Shown here piece after piece: positions 1 through 9,029 of a DNA stretch of 31,985 nucleotides (positions within the stretch are counted from its first letter, which is position 1; the number at the start of each line of letters is the position of its first letter). The position numbers and the translations under genes were made by a program. This stretch comes from a virus. The notes below the pieces were generated by a model, which saw only the letters and a list, made by a program, of their open reading frames with translations, made no database searches and was not told the DNA's origin. The stretch spans positions 1 to 31,985 of the IMG/VR virus record IMGVR_UViG_3300038566_000256. The stretch is one strand, 5' to 3'.

Positions 1-91
1 GTTCACCTACACGCGCCGACCTGGCGAAATTTCTTCCCGATCAACGTTCAATTCGTGCGTTTGAAAAACTGTTTGAATTGATTCCCGATGA
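1..91. repeat. Terminal direct repeat, copy 1. Identical to 31895..31985 and best explained as the overlap of a circular or terminally redundant assembly.
   Basis: A base-by-base comparison of the first 91 nt with the last 91 nt of the window shows identity. Confidence 0.95.
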
Positions 92-1208
92 ACTTGGGAA
101 ACAAATCGAAGATGCGTTGATTCAAGCGGGAACCGCTGACGCGCGTTCACAACAAGCGGTTGATTTGCTTGCCAGCATCGCCGATTCGCTTGAAACCCTG
201 GTGAAAGCGCCGATGAAAGAAGCTGAAGATCAGATTCGTGTTTCTTACATCGATTTTGACATGAACCCGTCGGTCGTCGAAAAGAACGGGCGTATGTGGT
301 GGAATTCTGCTGAAAATTGTTTGAATATTGCTATTGGTGGATCGGTTCTTCAAGTTGGTTTTGAACAATACCTACGCGCCGAAAATGACACTGGCGCAAC
401 GATCACAAACGGTTCAGTTGTTGGATTCGCTGGTGTAAATGGTGAAATTAAAATCAGCAAATATATTGCCGACGGTTCGATTTCATCATTGTATTTTATC
501 GGCGTCGCTACGCAAGATTTCAGCAACGGCGAAATCGGTCAAGTCACGACATTCGGTAAAGTTCGCGGTTTGAATACTTCCAGTTGGTCAACCGGAACAA
601 TTCTTTATGCTTCACCGACAACAACCGGTGAACTAACAAACATAAGGCCGACGGCGCCAAATGAAGTGACTGTTGTCGCTGTTGTACTGGTTTCTGACAG
701 TACAAATGGCGAAATAATGGTTCGACCAACAATCCCGATCGGGCTTGATTACGGTTCATTTTCTGACACTACGATTCAGACTTTGGCGGCAACAAGCACC
801 GCGTACCCGATCAAGCATAACACGACCGATATTTCACACGGAATCACAGTTGAAAACGACGGGGGCGGGAATCCGACACAATTGACCGTTTCACAAGCTG
901 GTCTTTATAAAGTGTCGGTTTCGAACCAATATACATCGTCGAATTCCAGCCAAAAGGACGTTGAAACATGGTTGCGATTGAACGGTGTTGATATTGCGAA
1001 CACCAACAGTTATCAGACAATCGCGCACAACGGGGCGACAATAATTTTTTCGACAACATATATTGTATCGATGCAAGCAGGTGATTACCTTCAAGTTATG
1101 TGGGCGTGTGCAACCGACACCGCTGTTTCGATCAATAATATCGCCGCAACAGCCTATTCGCCGGCGGCGCCGTCTTGCATCACATCAATCGCACAAATTC
1201 AATTATAA
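1..1208 (+). CDS. Tail needle/fibre protein. It sits at the P22 gp26 position and has a coiled-coil N-terminal part and a beta-rich C-terminal knob. The true start is at 31882.
   Basis: The frame is open from position 3 and continuous with 31882. A helical segment (ELGKQIEDALIQAGTADARSQQAVDLLASIADSLETL) is followed by a long Ser/Thr/Gly/Asn-rich beta region. The C-terminal pattern (GLYKVSVSNQY...WLRLNGVDI...MQAGDYLQVMW) resembles TNF/C1q-like jelly-roll knobs. Confidence 0.7.
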   Translation, partial: SPTRADLAKFLPDQRSIRAFEKLFELIPDELGKQIEDALIQAGTADARSQQAVDLLASIADSLETLVKAPMKEAEDQIRVSYIDFDMNPSVVEKNGRMWWNSAENCLNIAIGGSVLQVGFEQYLRAENDTGATITNGSVVGFAGVNGEIKISKYIADGSISSLYFIGVATQDFSNGEIGQVTTFGKVRGLNTSSWSTGTILYASPTTTGELTNIRPTAPNEVTVVAVVLVSDSTNGEIMVRPTIPIGLDYGSFSDTTIQTLAATSTAYPIKHNTTDISHGITVENDGGGNPTQLTVSQAGLYKVSVSNQYTSSNSSQKDVETWLRLNGVDIANTNSYQTIAHNGATIIFSTTYIVSMQAGDYLQVMWACATDTAVSINNIAATAYSPAAPSCITSIAQIQL

Positions 1209-1218
1209 GGGGTATTTT

Positions 1219-1557
1219 ATGGCCGTTGAAGTTCTGAACATTATTCCGCGCAAGCAAGCCGAAAACACCCAAACAGGGCAATACACTTCTGACAATGCGA
1301 AAACCATCATCGACAAATTCACCGTCACCAATACGTCGGCGAACAACGTTGATTTCAGCGCGAACCTGGTTGCCAGCGGTGGTTCGCCAGGTGATTCGAA
1401 CCTTGTTATGAAGTCGCGAACAATTGCACCTGGCGAAACTTACACTTGCCCCGAACTGGTTGGTCAGGTGCTTGAATCGGGTGGTTTTATTAGTACGTTG
1501 GCTGGTGCGGCGTCATCGCTAACCATTAGCGCGACCGGACGTGTTATTACAAGTTGA
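1219..1557 (+). CDS. Hypothetical small beta-rich protein of 112 aa, probably virion- or tail-associated.
   Basis: The ATG at 1219 has an AAGGGG ribosome-binding site 6-12 nt upstream and lies 10 nt after the needle stop. I recognise no motif. Confidence 0.6.
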   Translation: MAVEVLNIIPRKQAENTQTGQYTSDNAKTIIDKFTVTNTSANNVDFSANLVASGGSPGDSNLVMKSRTIAPGETYTCPELVGQVLESGGFISTLAGAASSLTISATGRVITS

Positions 1558-1561
1558 TTTT

Positions 1562-1600
1562 TCGACAATTATCGTTCAAAATGATAATTGTCGAGTTTTG
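1562..1600 (+). terminator. Perfect 12-bp hairpin followed by a GTTTTG tail. Candidate intrinsic terminator or attenuator.
   Basis: The stem tcgacaattatc (1562-1573) pairs with gataattgtcga (1583-1594) around a 9-nt loop, followed by gttttg. The stem is AT-rich, so termination strength is uncertain. Confidence 0.45.
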
Positions 1601-1606
1601 TATAAT
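1601..1606 (+). promoter_or_regulatory. TATAAT -10-like hexamer directly after the hairpin and 48 nt upstream of the SET-domain ORF.
   Basis: The sequence reads gttttgTATAATtcgg. I found no convincing -35 at 16-18 nt spacing. Confidence 0.3.
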
Positions 1607-1653
1607 TCGGAAGCGACCGGCGGCTTCAATCCTTCATTATTGGAGAGAAGAAG

Positions 1654-2523
1654 TTGACGGCACTAATCAAAGAAAAACCAACAGCTATCGCGAAGCATGA
1701 CGGAATCGAACAGATCGAAGCCGCTATGTTGAACATGGAACAAGCCGATTGCCCTGTTGCCCATCACTTCGGGCCAGGTATTTACGTTCGCGAAGTCACC
1801 TTGCCGAAAGGCATTATTGCCGTCGGGCATTCCCAACGATTTGAACACCTGAACATCATGTTGACCGGTAAAGTTGCAATGGTCGACGGTGATCGCGTGC
1901 GTGTTCTTGAAGCCCCGATGATTTTCGTCGGCCAACCTGGTCGCAAAGTCGGTTATGTGATGGAAACGTGCGTTTGGCAAAACATTTATGCCACCGACGA
2001 AACCGACATCGACACATTGGAAGCGACGTTTCTTGATAAAAGCGACACCTGGCTTTCACACGAAGAAGATTTGAAGGTTTTTCGCCATGCGTCACATCAA
2101 GACGACCGCGACGACTTCTTTGCCATGTTGGGCGAAGTTGGGTTTGACCCCGAAACCGTTCGCCAACAATCCGAAAACGAACCCGATCAAATCCCGATGC
2201 CTTCCGAATGGGCGACCGCAACCAGTGTTCGCGAATCCGATATTGAAGGTCAGGGGTTATTTTTAAGTTGGCCGGTTCCGGCCGAAACCATTATTGCACC
2301 GGCACGAATCAACGGATTTCGCACCCCCGCCGGTCGATTTGTAAATCATGCCAAAAACCCGAATTGTAAATTTGTAAAAGTCGACAACGGCGACATTTAT
2401 TTGGTCGCAATCGCTAATATTCGCGGTTGTGCCGGTGGAACAAAGGGCGACGAATTAACCGTTGATTATCGTCAAGCGTTGTCGTTGTCTGGAATTGGAG
2501 AAAACAAACCATGTCAGGAATAG
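1654..2523 (+). CDS. Two-domain protein with an N-terminal cupin-like beta-barrel and a C-terminal SET-domain (lysine methyltransferase-like).
   Basis: A TTG start is preceded by a GGAGAG ribosome-binding site. The C-terminus has the SET motifs in the canonical order: GQGLF, RFVNHAKNPNC (compare NHSCxPN) and GDELTVDY (compare ELTxDY). The N-terminus (HHFGPGIYVREV..GHSQRFEHLNIMLTGKV) is cupin-like by eye. An acidic linker joins the two. Confidence 0.7.
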   Translation: MTALIKEKPTAIAKHDGIEQIEAAMLNMEQADCPVAHHFGPGIYVREVTLPKGIIAVGHSQRFEHLNIMLTGKVAMVDGDRVRVLEAPMIFVGQPGRKVGYVMETCVWQNIYATDETDIDTLEATFLDKSDTWLSHEEDLKVFRHASHQDDRDDFFAMLGEVGFDPETVRQQSENEPDQIPMPSEWATATSVRESDIEGQGLFLSWPVPAETIIAPARINGFRTPAGRFVNHAKNPNCKFVKVDNGDIYLVAIANIRGCAGGTKGDELTVDYRQALSLSGIGENKPCQE

Positions 2524-3161
2524 CAACCGCGATGGTTGGAAGCGCCGTTGTTGGTGGCTATATGTCCAGCAAAGCGCAAGAAGGGGCCGCCGAAACGGCC
2601 GCTGGCGCACAACAGGCGTCAACCGAAGCGTCGATTGCTGAACAGCGTCGTCAATTCGACGCAATGCAAGAATTGCTTGCACCTTATGTTGCCGCCGGCG
2701 AACCCGCCATTCAACAGATGGGTGTTTTGGCCGGTCTTGGTGCGCCAGGTGAACAGCAAGCGGCCATTGCCGCCATTGAACAATCACCATTGTTTCAAGC
2801 ACAAGTTCGCCAAGGTGAAGAAGCATTGCTTCAACAGGCTTCGGCCACCGGCGGTTTACGCGGGGGAAATATTCAAGCCGCGTTGGCACAATACCGGCCG
2901 CAAATGCTTCAACAGGCGCTCGAAACCCAATACAACCGATTGGCTGGTTTGGGTCAAATGGGTCAGGCTTCAGCCGCCGGACAAGCAGCCCAAGGAATGC
3001 AATCGGCGGCTGACATCGGCAACTTGCTTCAGCAATCAGGGCAAGCCCAAGCGCAAGCCGCGTTGGCTTCAGGGCAAGCCCAAGCGCAAATGTGGGGTAA
3101 TATTGCCGGAAGTATCGGCACCGTTGCCGGAATGTCAAAAGGCAGCTTCGGCAAATTTTAA
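2511..3161 (+). CDS. Internal virion/ejection protein candidate at the P22 gp7 position. Gln/Ala-rich.
   Basis: The ATG overlaps the end of the SET ORF by 13 nt. The call rests on low-complexity Q/A/G-rich sequence and on synteny with the P22 ejection-protein cluster. No specific motif was seen. Confidence 0.55.
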   Translation: MSGIATAMVGSAVVGGYMSSKAQEGAAETAAGAQQASTEASIAEQRRQFDAMQELLAPYVAAGEPAIQQMGVLAGLGAPGEQQAAIAAIEQSPLFQAQVRQGEEALLQQASATGGLRGGNIQAALAQYRPQMLQQALETQYNRLAGLGQMGQASAAGQAAQGMQSAADIGNLLQQSGQAQAQAALASGQAQAQMWGNIAGSIGTVAGMSKGSFGKF

Positions 3162-3175
3162 GGGGAACGCGAAAA

Positions 3176-4393
3176 ATGGCACTGGATTATTTAGCATATC
3201 AACAAAACGTTCGTTCCCCGCTTGAAATGGCAATGGCTGGTTATCAAACGGGCGTCAATTTGCGTCAACAGCGCGAAAAAGAAGCGGCGGCTGAACAACA
3301 AAAACTTCAAACCGCACAAATGCAAGCTGATCTTGCGTTGCTTGCGTCGAATCCAAACCCAACGGTTAATGATTACACCAATTTAATGTTGAAATATCCG
3401 ACGATGGCTGAAAATCTGAAAGCCCCGTTGGCACAATTGACCGAGCAACAATCTTCAGCGAAACGCGCTGAAGCATTGAACATTTTTGCCGCGCTTGATG
3501 CCGGTCAGACTGAAATTGCCGAATCATTGCTTCAGCGTCAGCTTGAAGCGGCGCAAAACACCGGTCGCCAAGCCGATGTTGATTCGGCGAATGCGTTGCT
3601 TCAGCTTGTTCGCACCAATCCAAACGCGGCCAAAACGTCGGCCGGCCTTTTCCTGGCGTCTTCAATGGGCGTCGACAAGTTCGGTGAAACTTGGACAAAA
3701 CTTCAATCGGAACAGCGCGAACGTCAGTTGTTGCCTGGTCAGCTTGAAAAGCAAGCGGCCGATCTTGGTTTGACCCAACAGCAAACGAAAGAAGCGTTGG
3801 CGCGAACCGACAAATTGGGCGCGGAAACGCAAAAATTGGCGCTTGAACTGAAGGCGATGGAAAACGGCGTTGTTGATCCGCAAAAAACGTTCAACATGGA
3901 AAATACATTACGCGGCGACTATCAAAAGCGCACAACCAGTTTGTCGGAAGGAACCCGCAACCTTGACATCATTCAGCAATCAGCCGGCGACAAAACAGGC
4001 GCTGGCGATATTGCGTTGATTACGTCGTTTATGAAGATGCTTGACCCTGGTTCCGTTGTTCGCGAAACCGAATTCGCCAGCGCACAAAACACCGCTGGTT
4101 TGGTTGGATCGCTGGAATCTTGGTTGAAGCGTCTTAACAGCGGCGAACTGTTGAAAGACGAACAGCGCAAGACCTTCGCCAACCTGGCGAAGAAATACAT
4201 GCAAGCCGCCGAACGCGAAGACAAGCGTGTTCGTGACGATCTTGGTTTTGTAATCAAGAGTTACAACCTGAACCCCGAAAACATTTTCGGTTCACGCGCC
4301 GGCGTCGGTGCGCCCGAAGACGAAACTGAACAAAAACCGGCCGCGTCGGCGCCAGGTTACATGAAATATACAACCCAAGGGGGCGCCCAATAA
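3176..4393 (+). CDS. Internal virion/ejection protein candidate at the P22 gp20 position. Coiled-coil rich.
   Basis: 405-aa ORF with long heptad-like Q/E/A/L stretches. It is tightly packed with its neighbours. Confidence 0.55.
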   Translation: MALDYLAYQQNVRSPLEMAMAGYQTGVNLRQQREKEAAAEQQKLQTAQMQADLALLASNPNPTVNDYTNLMLKYPTMAENLKAPLAQLTEQQSSAKRAEALNIFAALDAGQTEIAESLLQRQLEAAQNTGRQADVDSANALLQLVRTNPNAAKTSAGLFLASSMGVDKFGETWTKLQSEQRERQLLPGQLEKQAADLGLTQQQTKEALARTDKLGAETQKLALELKAMENGVVDPQKTFNMENTLRGDYQKRTTSLSEGTRNLDIIQQSAGDKTGAGDIALITSFMKMLDPGSVVRETEFASAQNTAGLVGSLESWLKRLNSGELLKDEQRKTFANLAKKYMQAAEREDKRVRDDLGFVIKSYNLNPENIFGSRAGVGAPEDETEQKPAASAPGYMKYTTQGGAQ

Positions 4394-6921
4394 TGGATGA
4401 ACAAACCATCAATGCCATTTATCAAGCGTATGTTTCCGGCGCAATGACGCCGGAAGATGCGGCTGAATACGAAGCTGACGTTCAATCAGGAAAAATGACG
4501 TTGCCGCAAGGGGCGACGCTTCAGCAAGAATCGGCACCGGTCGCGGCAACACCTGAATCACAAACAATTCAACCAGTGAACCAAAGTCAGGTTGAAACCG
4601 CGCCGATGCTGAACCAAGGTATTGTTGACGCGTATCAAAACGGTCAAATGACCCGCGACGACATGATGCAACTGGAACGAGACGTTGCTGAAGGTAAATG
4701 GTTGTTGCCTGAAGGCGTTCAACTTCAAACCACCAAATCGATGGGATTCTTTGAACGTGTCGGTGAAATGGTAACGGGTGAAGAACGAAGCACGCCAGAA
4801 ATCGAAGCGTTGCCTGATTGGGGTGGAATGCCCGAAATGAATTCGTTCAGCATGGCTAGCTTCAAATCGGCGCTTGGCACGTTGATCACTGATCCGGCCG
4901 AAACCGTTCAAATTCTGAAAGCGAACTTCCCTGGCATCGACGTTCGTCGTGATTCCAAAGGCAACTTCATTATGAAGTCGTCACTTGACGGTCAAGAATA
5001 TGCAATCAAACCAGGTTTCCGCGTGTCGGATATTCCGCGTGCGGGTTCCGGCATTGCTGCATTTACGCCAGCCGGTCGCGCTGTCACATTGCCTGGTCAA
5101 ATTGGTGGTGCGGCGGCGACGCAAGCGGTTATTGAAGGGTCGCAAGTTGCAACCGGCGGTGAATTCGACCCTGAACAAATTCCGTTGGCCGGTTTGGCTG
5201 GTGGGGGCGGCTATTTAGTCGGCAAAGGTCTTCAGGCTGGCGGTCAAACACTTGGGCGCGCATACGAACGTTTTATGCGCGCACCAAAACCGGCACCACG
5301 CGTTGAACCGACAATTGGTGTGACGCCAAAACAACCTTCGCCGATGGGCGCTATGCCTGAAGGCGCCGAAGCAATGACAACCGGTGAACTTGGTGCAACA
5401 GCACGAAAAGCCGCCGAAGGTGGCGTTGGTGCGACCCAAGCACAAAGGGTTCTTGCCGAACAAGCGATGCCTGATCCGAAAGTGATTGAAGCCGCGCAAC
5501 GATTGGGTGTTGATGAATACCTTCAGCCCGATCATGTGTCAACCAACCAGGCGTTTCGCGAACTTTCCCAAGCCGTGAAGTCGGTTCCTGGTTCACAAGC
5601 GCGAACCGCTGAATTGCAAGGTTATCAGGCGATCGGGCAACGCGCCGACGACATCATTGACGAATTGGGTGGTTTAACTGATTTAAGTCAAATTGACGCG
5701 ACGGTGAAAACCCGCTTGTCGCAAGTTCAAACCCAATTGGATGACGCCGCCGAAAAACTATACAAGCAAGTCAACGAAGCGATACCACCGAAGACCGATG
5801 CACCAGCCAACAACCTGATCACGTTCTTGGAACGTCAGGCCGACGAATTGGGCGGCGAAGAATTCTTTTCGGCACAAGAACGCGCTTTGTTGAAACAATT
5901 GCGACCGCGACCGGTTCTGAACGAAGCCGGCGAACAGATCGGTGAAGAAATGCCGACGTATGCGCGCCTTGATCGCATTCGCAAGGATTTAACGTCGGCG
6001 CGGGTGAAGGGCGAAGGCCCATTCAAAGACGCCAACAGCGGCATGATTAAGCGCCTGGAACGCGAATTGTTGAAAGACCAACAAACAATCGCTGACCAAA
6101 TGGGCGTTCTTGACACTTTCAATTTGGCACGCCAAACGGTTGCTATGCGAAAAGGTGTTGAAAGCGACATGGCATCGTTGTTCGGGAAGAACCTTGACCG
6201 AACCATTCTGAAGACGCTCGACACGTCAGTGAAGAAAATTCAAACCGGCGATGTCAGCGGTTTCGTGAACCTGGTGAAGGCAATTCCCGAAGATATTCGA
6301 AAAGACGTTGTTGCCAGTGGCTTGGCGTCGGCATTTGGGAAGAATGCACGAAACGGGCAATTGAACTTCACATCATACGCGAATTGGTACGAAGGTTTGT
6401 TGGCAAACAAAAAGGCACATGCGGCGTTGATGGCGAATTTGCCACCGGAAGCCCGAAAACGCCTTTCCGATCTTTATCGGGTGTCGAACGGTATTCGTCA
6501 GGCGTCCAAAGAACGCATCACAACCGGTCGCCTTCAGGTTGTCGCCGAAGAAATTCGCGGCGCAGATACGTTGCTTGGCAATATTTACGACACCGCCAAA
6601 CGCGCTTCAATGGGTGGTGCGGCTGAAGTAATCACCAGCGCCGTCGGGTTGCCAGGTGCCGGCCTTGCTTCAGGTATCACCGCCGCACTGGTGAAGGGTA
6701 AACCAAACGCAATGAAAGCGGCCGACGAACTGGTGACATCGCCCGAATTCATCGAAATGGCGAAATCGGGAAGCGAAGAAGCGGCCAAGAAATTTGTGAA
6801 GACACCTGTCTTCAAACGTTTTTATAATGCGATTGGGGGTGAACGCGCAATGTCGCTTCCAGAACAATGGGTTTTATCGGCGTTTCAAACTGAACGTCAA
6901 ATGACACGGGAGAGCGAATAA
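4393..6921 (+). CDS. Large internal virion/ejection protein candidate at the P22 gp16 position.
   Basis: 842-aa ORF. Its ATG overlaps the upstream stop in the sequence TAATG. The call rests on size and position before the tailspike. I saw no lysozyme or transglycosylase motif. Confidence 0.55.
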   Translation: MDEQTINAIYQAYVSGAMTPEDAAEYEADVQSGKMTLPQGATLQQESAPVAATPESQTIQPVNQSQVETAPMLNQGIVDAYQNGQMTRDDMMQLERDVAEGKWLLPEGVQLQTTKSMGFFERVGEMVTGEERSTPEIEALPDWGGMPEMNSFSMASFKSALGTLITDPAETVQILKANFPGIDVRRDSKGNFIMKSSLDGQEYAIKPGFRVSDIPRAGSGIAAFTPAGRAVTLPGQIGGAAATQAVIEGSQVATGGEFDPEQIPLAGLAGGGGYLVGKGLQAGGQTLGRAYERFMRAPKPAPRVEPTIGVTPKQPSPMGAMPEGAEAMTTGELGATARKAAEGGVGATQAQRVLAEQAMPDPKVIEAAQRLGVDEYLQPDHVSTNQAFRELSQAVKSVPGSQARTAELQGYQAIGQRADDIIDELGGLTDLSQIDATVKTRLSQVQTQLDDAAEKLYKQVNEAIPPKTDAPANNLITFLERQADELGGEEFFSAQERALLKQLRPRPVLNEAGEQIGEEMPTYARLDRIRKDLTSARVKGEGPFKDANSGMIKRLERELLKDQQTIADQMGVLDTFNLARQTVAMRKGVESDMASLFGKNLDRTILKTLDTSVKKIQTGDVSGFVNLVKAIPEDIRKDVVASGLASAFGKNARNGQLNFTSYANWYEGLLANKKAHAALMANLPPEARKRLSDLYRVSNGIRQASKERITTGRLQVVAEEIRGADTLLGNIYDTAKRASMGGAAEVITSAVGLPGAGLASGITAALVKGKPNAMKAADELVTSPEFIEMAKSGSEEAAKKFVKTPVFKRFYNAIGGERAMSLPEQWVLSAFQTERQMTRESE

Positions 6922-6922
6922 C

Positions 6923-9022
6923 ATGTCAGCCAATTCTTTATCGGTTCCATTTCCGATTTTCAATGATGTCGATGGTGATCCGCTCGACAACGGTTATATT
7001 TATATTGGTACGGCCAATCTTGACCCCGAAACAAACCCGATCCAAGTGTATTTTGATTCGGCGTTGACCGTACCAGCGCCGCAACCCATTCGAACTATAA
7101 ACGGGTTCCCGTCAAACAGTGGTGCGCCAGCGCGACTTTATGTTGACGCGGATGATTATTCGATGACTGTCCGAAACAAAAACGAGTCATTGATTTACAC
7201 GTCACTTTCTGACACTAAAAAAATACCAGCGGCGTCGATTAGCGGTCTTGTTTCTTCGCTTGTATCTTTTACGCAAGACGGTGTTGGCGCAACAAGTCGA
7301 ACGGTCGAAGGCAAACTTCGCGAAATTGTTTCTGTTCTTGATTTTGGGGCAGACCCGACAGGCGTGTTTGATTCAACTTCCGCTATTCAATCGGCAATTA
7401 ACACCGGAAAACGCGTATATCTTCCAGGTGGGACGTATAAAATCACTTCAACGTTTTCGTCAACAAGCGATTTGGTAATGTTTGGCGATGGTGATCAAAC
7501 CGTTATTGACGCATCCGATTCGTTATTTACAGGTGGCTATGTGATTGACGTTCAGGGTCAATTGACACAAGTTGAAGATTTAACAGGGTCGGTTTCAAAA
7601 GGTGGTTTGACACTAACTTCTGTATCAGCGTCGTCGTTGGTTTCCGATGATATTTTTGTAATTTACAATCCGACTGATAGCAGTTATTCACCTTGGCGCA
7701 CAAACTACCGCGAAGGTGAATTCTGTGAAGTGCGAACTGTCAGCGGAACAACGATCACTTTGAAGTCACCGCTTTATAGTGGCTATACGGCCGCGAACGT
7801 TGATGTTTACAAATTGACAAGCGGTGTTGTCGACTTGCAAGATTTCAAAATCATAGGTGATGTTTCGGTGGGGCTTGTGTTCGCCGAACATATTCGCAAA
7901 CCAATTATTAAAAATATCACCATGAGCCATTCGAATAATTCGTGCCTTTATCTGGCGCGTTGTGTTCAGGGTATTATTCATGGCTGCAACATCGACAACG
8001 AAGGTGATGGCGGTGACGATTATGGAATCAGCATCGGCAACAGCCAAAGCATGACAATTACAGATTGTAACGTTTACGCGGCGCGACATGCCACGGCAAC
8101 GGGCGGTGACGCTCAGGTTGGTTGTGTACCTTGCCGTGATATTCATTTCCGTGGCTGCATGTTACGCAACGATATTAGTCGCGGTACGCATTGCGCTGAT
8201 TTCCACGGCAACACTGAATTCAGCAGTTATGAAAATTGCACAATTTATCAGGGTTGTTCGTTGCAAGGTAAAAACAACGTGTTCCGTGGGTGTACCATTC
8301 ATAGTTTCTTAAATGGCCTTGTAATCTTAACAGCTGAACCGGTCGGGGGATCGCTTGGTATTGTTGATTGCGACATTTATTGTGGCGGTAATCCGAAATC
8401 GGTAGGACGTGGGATTTTCGATATAGGTGGTAACAGTTCTGTGTTGACGACAAACCTGACTGAAGACATTACGTTCTTTGCGGATAGTTGTCGCTTGTAC
8501 GCTGACGCGTTGACTTCTTCAAGTTACTTCTGCCGGATGCGTAACGAAGGGGCGACAGTTAAAACCAACGTGCGAATCACCGGATTGCAAGCAAACGTCA
8601 ATGACGCATTGGCTGTTTTGTTGTGCGGTGTTAGTTCCGGGACGGCAGCAGCGGATTTCATTGTTGTTGATGATATTAGTGGTTTTCCCGCCGGAACTTA
8701 TCTTGCATCTTTGTCAGGCGGCTATGAAGTATTGCCGTTGCGGATGATGGAACAGCGCGGAAGCGAATCGGTGACAACTAACACCGGATCGTCGACTGTT
8801 ACCGGAACGCCGGTCACATTCCATTATGCGTATCCGAAAACGCCAACTATAACATCAAGCCGGAATGATCGCGGGTATGCTGGAAATAGAATCGGAATTG
8901 CTTACGCAAGCGTTTCATCGGCGCTTGGTTTAACACCTTCAATTTCAGTGGACGATGCGACCAATTTTGCGGCGGCTGTTTCAGTCACGCTTGCTTGGTC
9001 AGCGGCGATCAGTGAGGTGTAA
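6923..9022 (+). CDS. Tailspike with a right-handed beta-helix (pectate-lyase-like) polysaccharide depolymerase domain.
   Basis: The N-terminal motif PFPIFNDVDGDPLDNGYIYIG...NPIQVYFD is typical of tail fibre/spike anchors. VLDFGADPTGVFDSTSAIQSAINTGKRVYLPGGTYKITS matches the pectate_lyase_3-type start of a beta-helix. Repetitive Cys/Gly/Asn-containing rungs follow. Confidence 0.8.
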   Translation: MSANSLSVPFPIFNDVDGDPLDNGYIYIGTANLDPETNPIQVYFDSALTVPAPQPIRTINGFPSNSGAPARLYVDADDYSMTVRNKNESLIYTSLSDTKKIPAASISGLVSSLVSFTQDGVGATSRTVEGKLREIVSVLDFGADPTGVFDSTSAIQSAINTGKRVYLPGGTYKITSTFSSTSDLVMFGDGDQTVIDASDSLFTGGYVIDVQGQLTQVEDLTGSVSKGGLTLTSVSASSLVSDDIFVIYNPTDSSYSPWRTNYREGEFCEVRTVSGTTITLKSPLYSGYTAANVDVYKLTSGVVDLQDFKIIGDVSVGLVFAEHIRKPIIKNITMSHSNNSCLYLARCVQGIIHGCNIDNEGDGGDDYGISIGNSQSMTITDCNVYAARHATATGGDAQVGCVPCRDIHFRGCMLRNDISRGTHCADFHGNTEFSSYENCTIYQGCSLQGKNNVFRGCTIHSFLNGLVILTAEPVGGSLGIVDCDIYCGGNPKSVGRGIFDIGGNSSVLTTNLTEDITFFADSCRLYADALTSSSYFCRMRNEGATVKTNVRITGLQANVNDALAVLLCGVSSGTAAADFIVVDDISGFPAGTYLASLSGGYEVLPLRMMEQRGSESVTTNTGSSTVTGTPVTFHYAYPKTPTITSSRNDRGYAGNRIGIAYASVSSALGLTPSISVDDATNFAAAVSVTLAWSAAISEV

Positions 9023-9029
9023 TTCAAAC

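Noticed and set aside
2455-3225. Two long alternative ORFs, 2455..3138 on the minus strand (227 aa) and 2536..3225 on the plus strand (229 aa), overlap the 2511..3161 CDS.
   Set aside because: The region is a GC-rich, Gln/Ala-codon-repetitive sequence that stays open in several frames. The alternative products are Arg/Pro/Lys-rich and of low plausibility, lack ribosome-binding sites and break the tight gene packing. The chosen frame starts with an overlap-coupled ATG.
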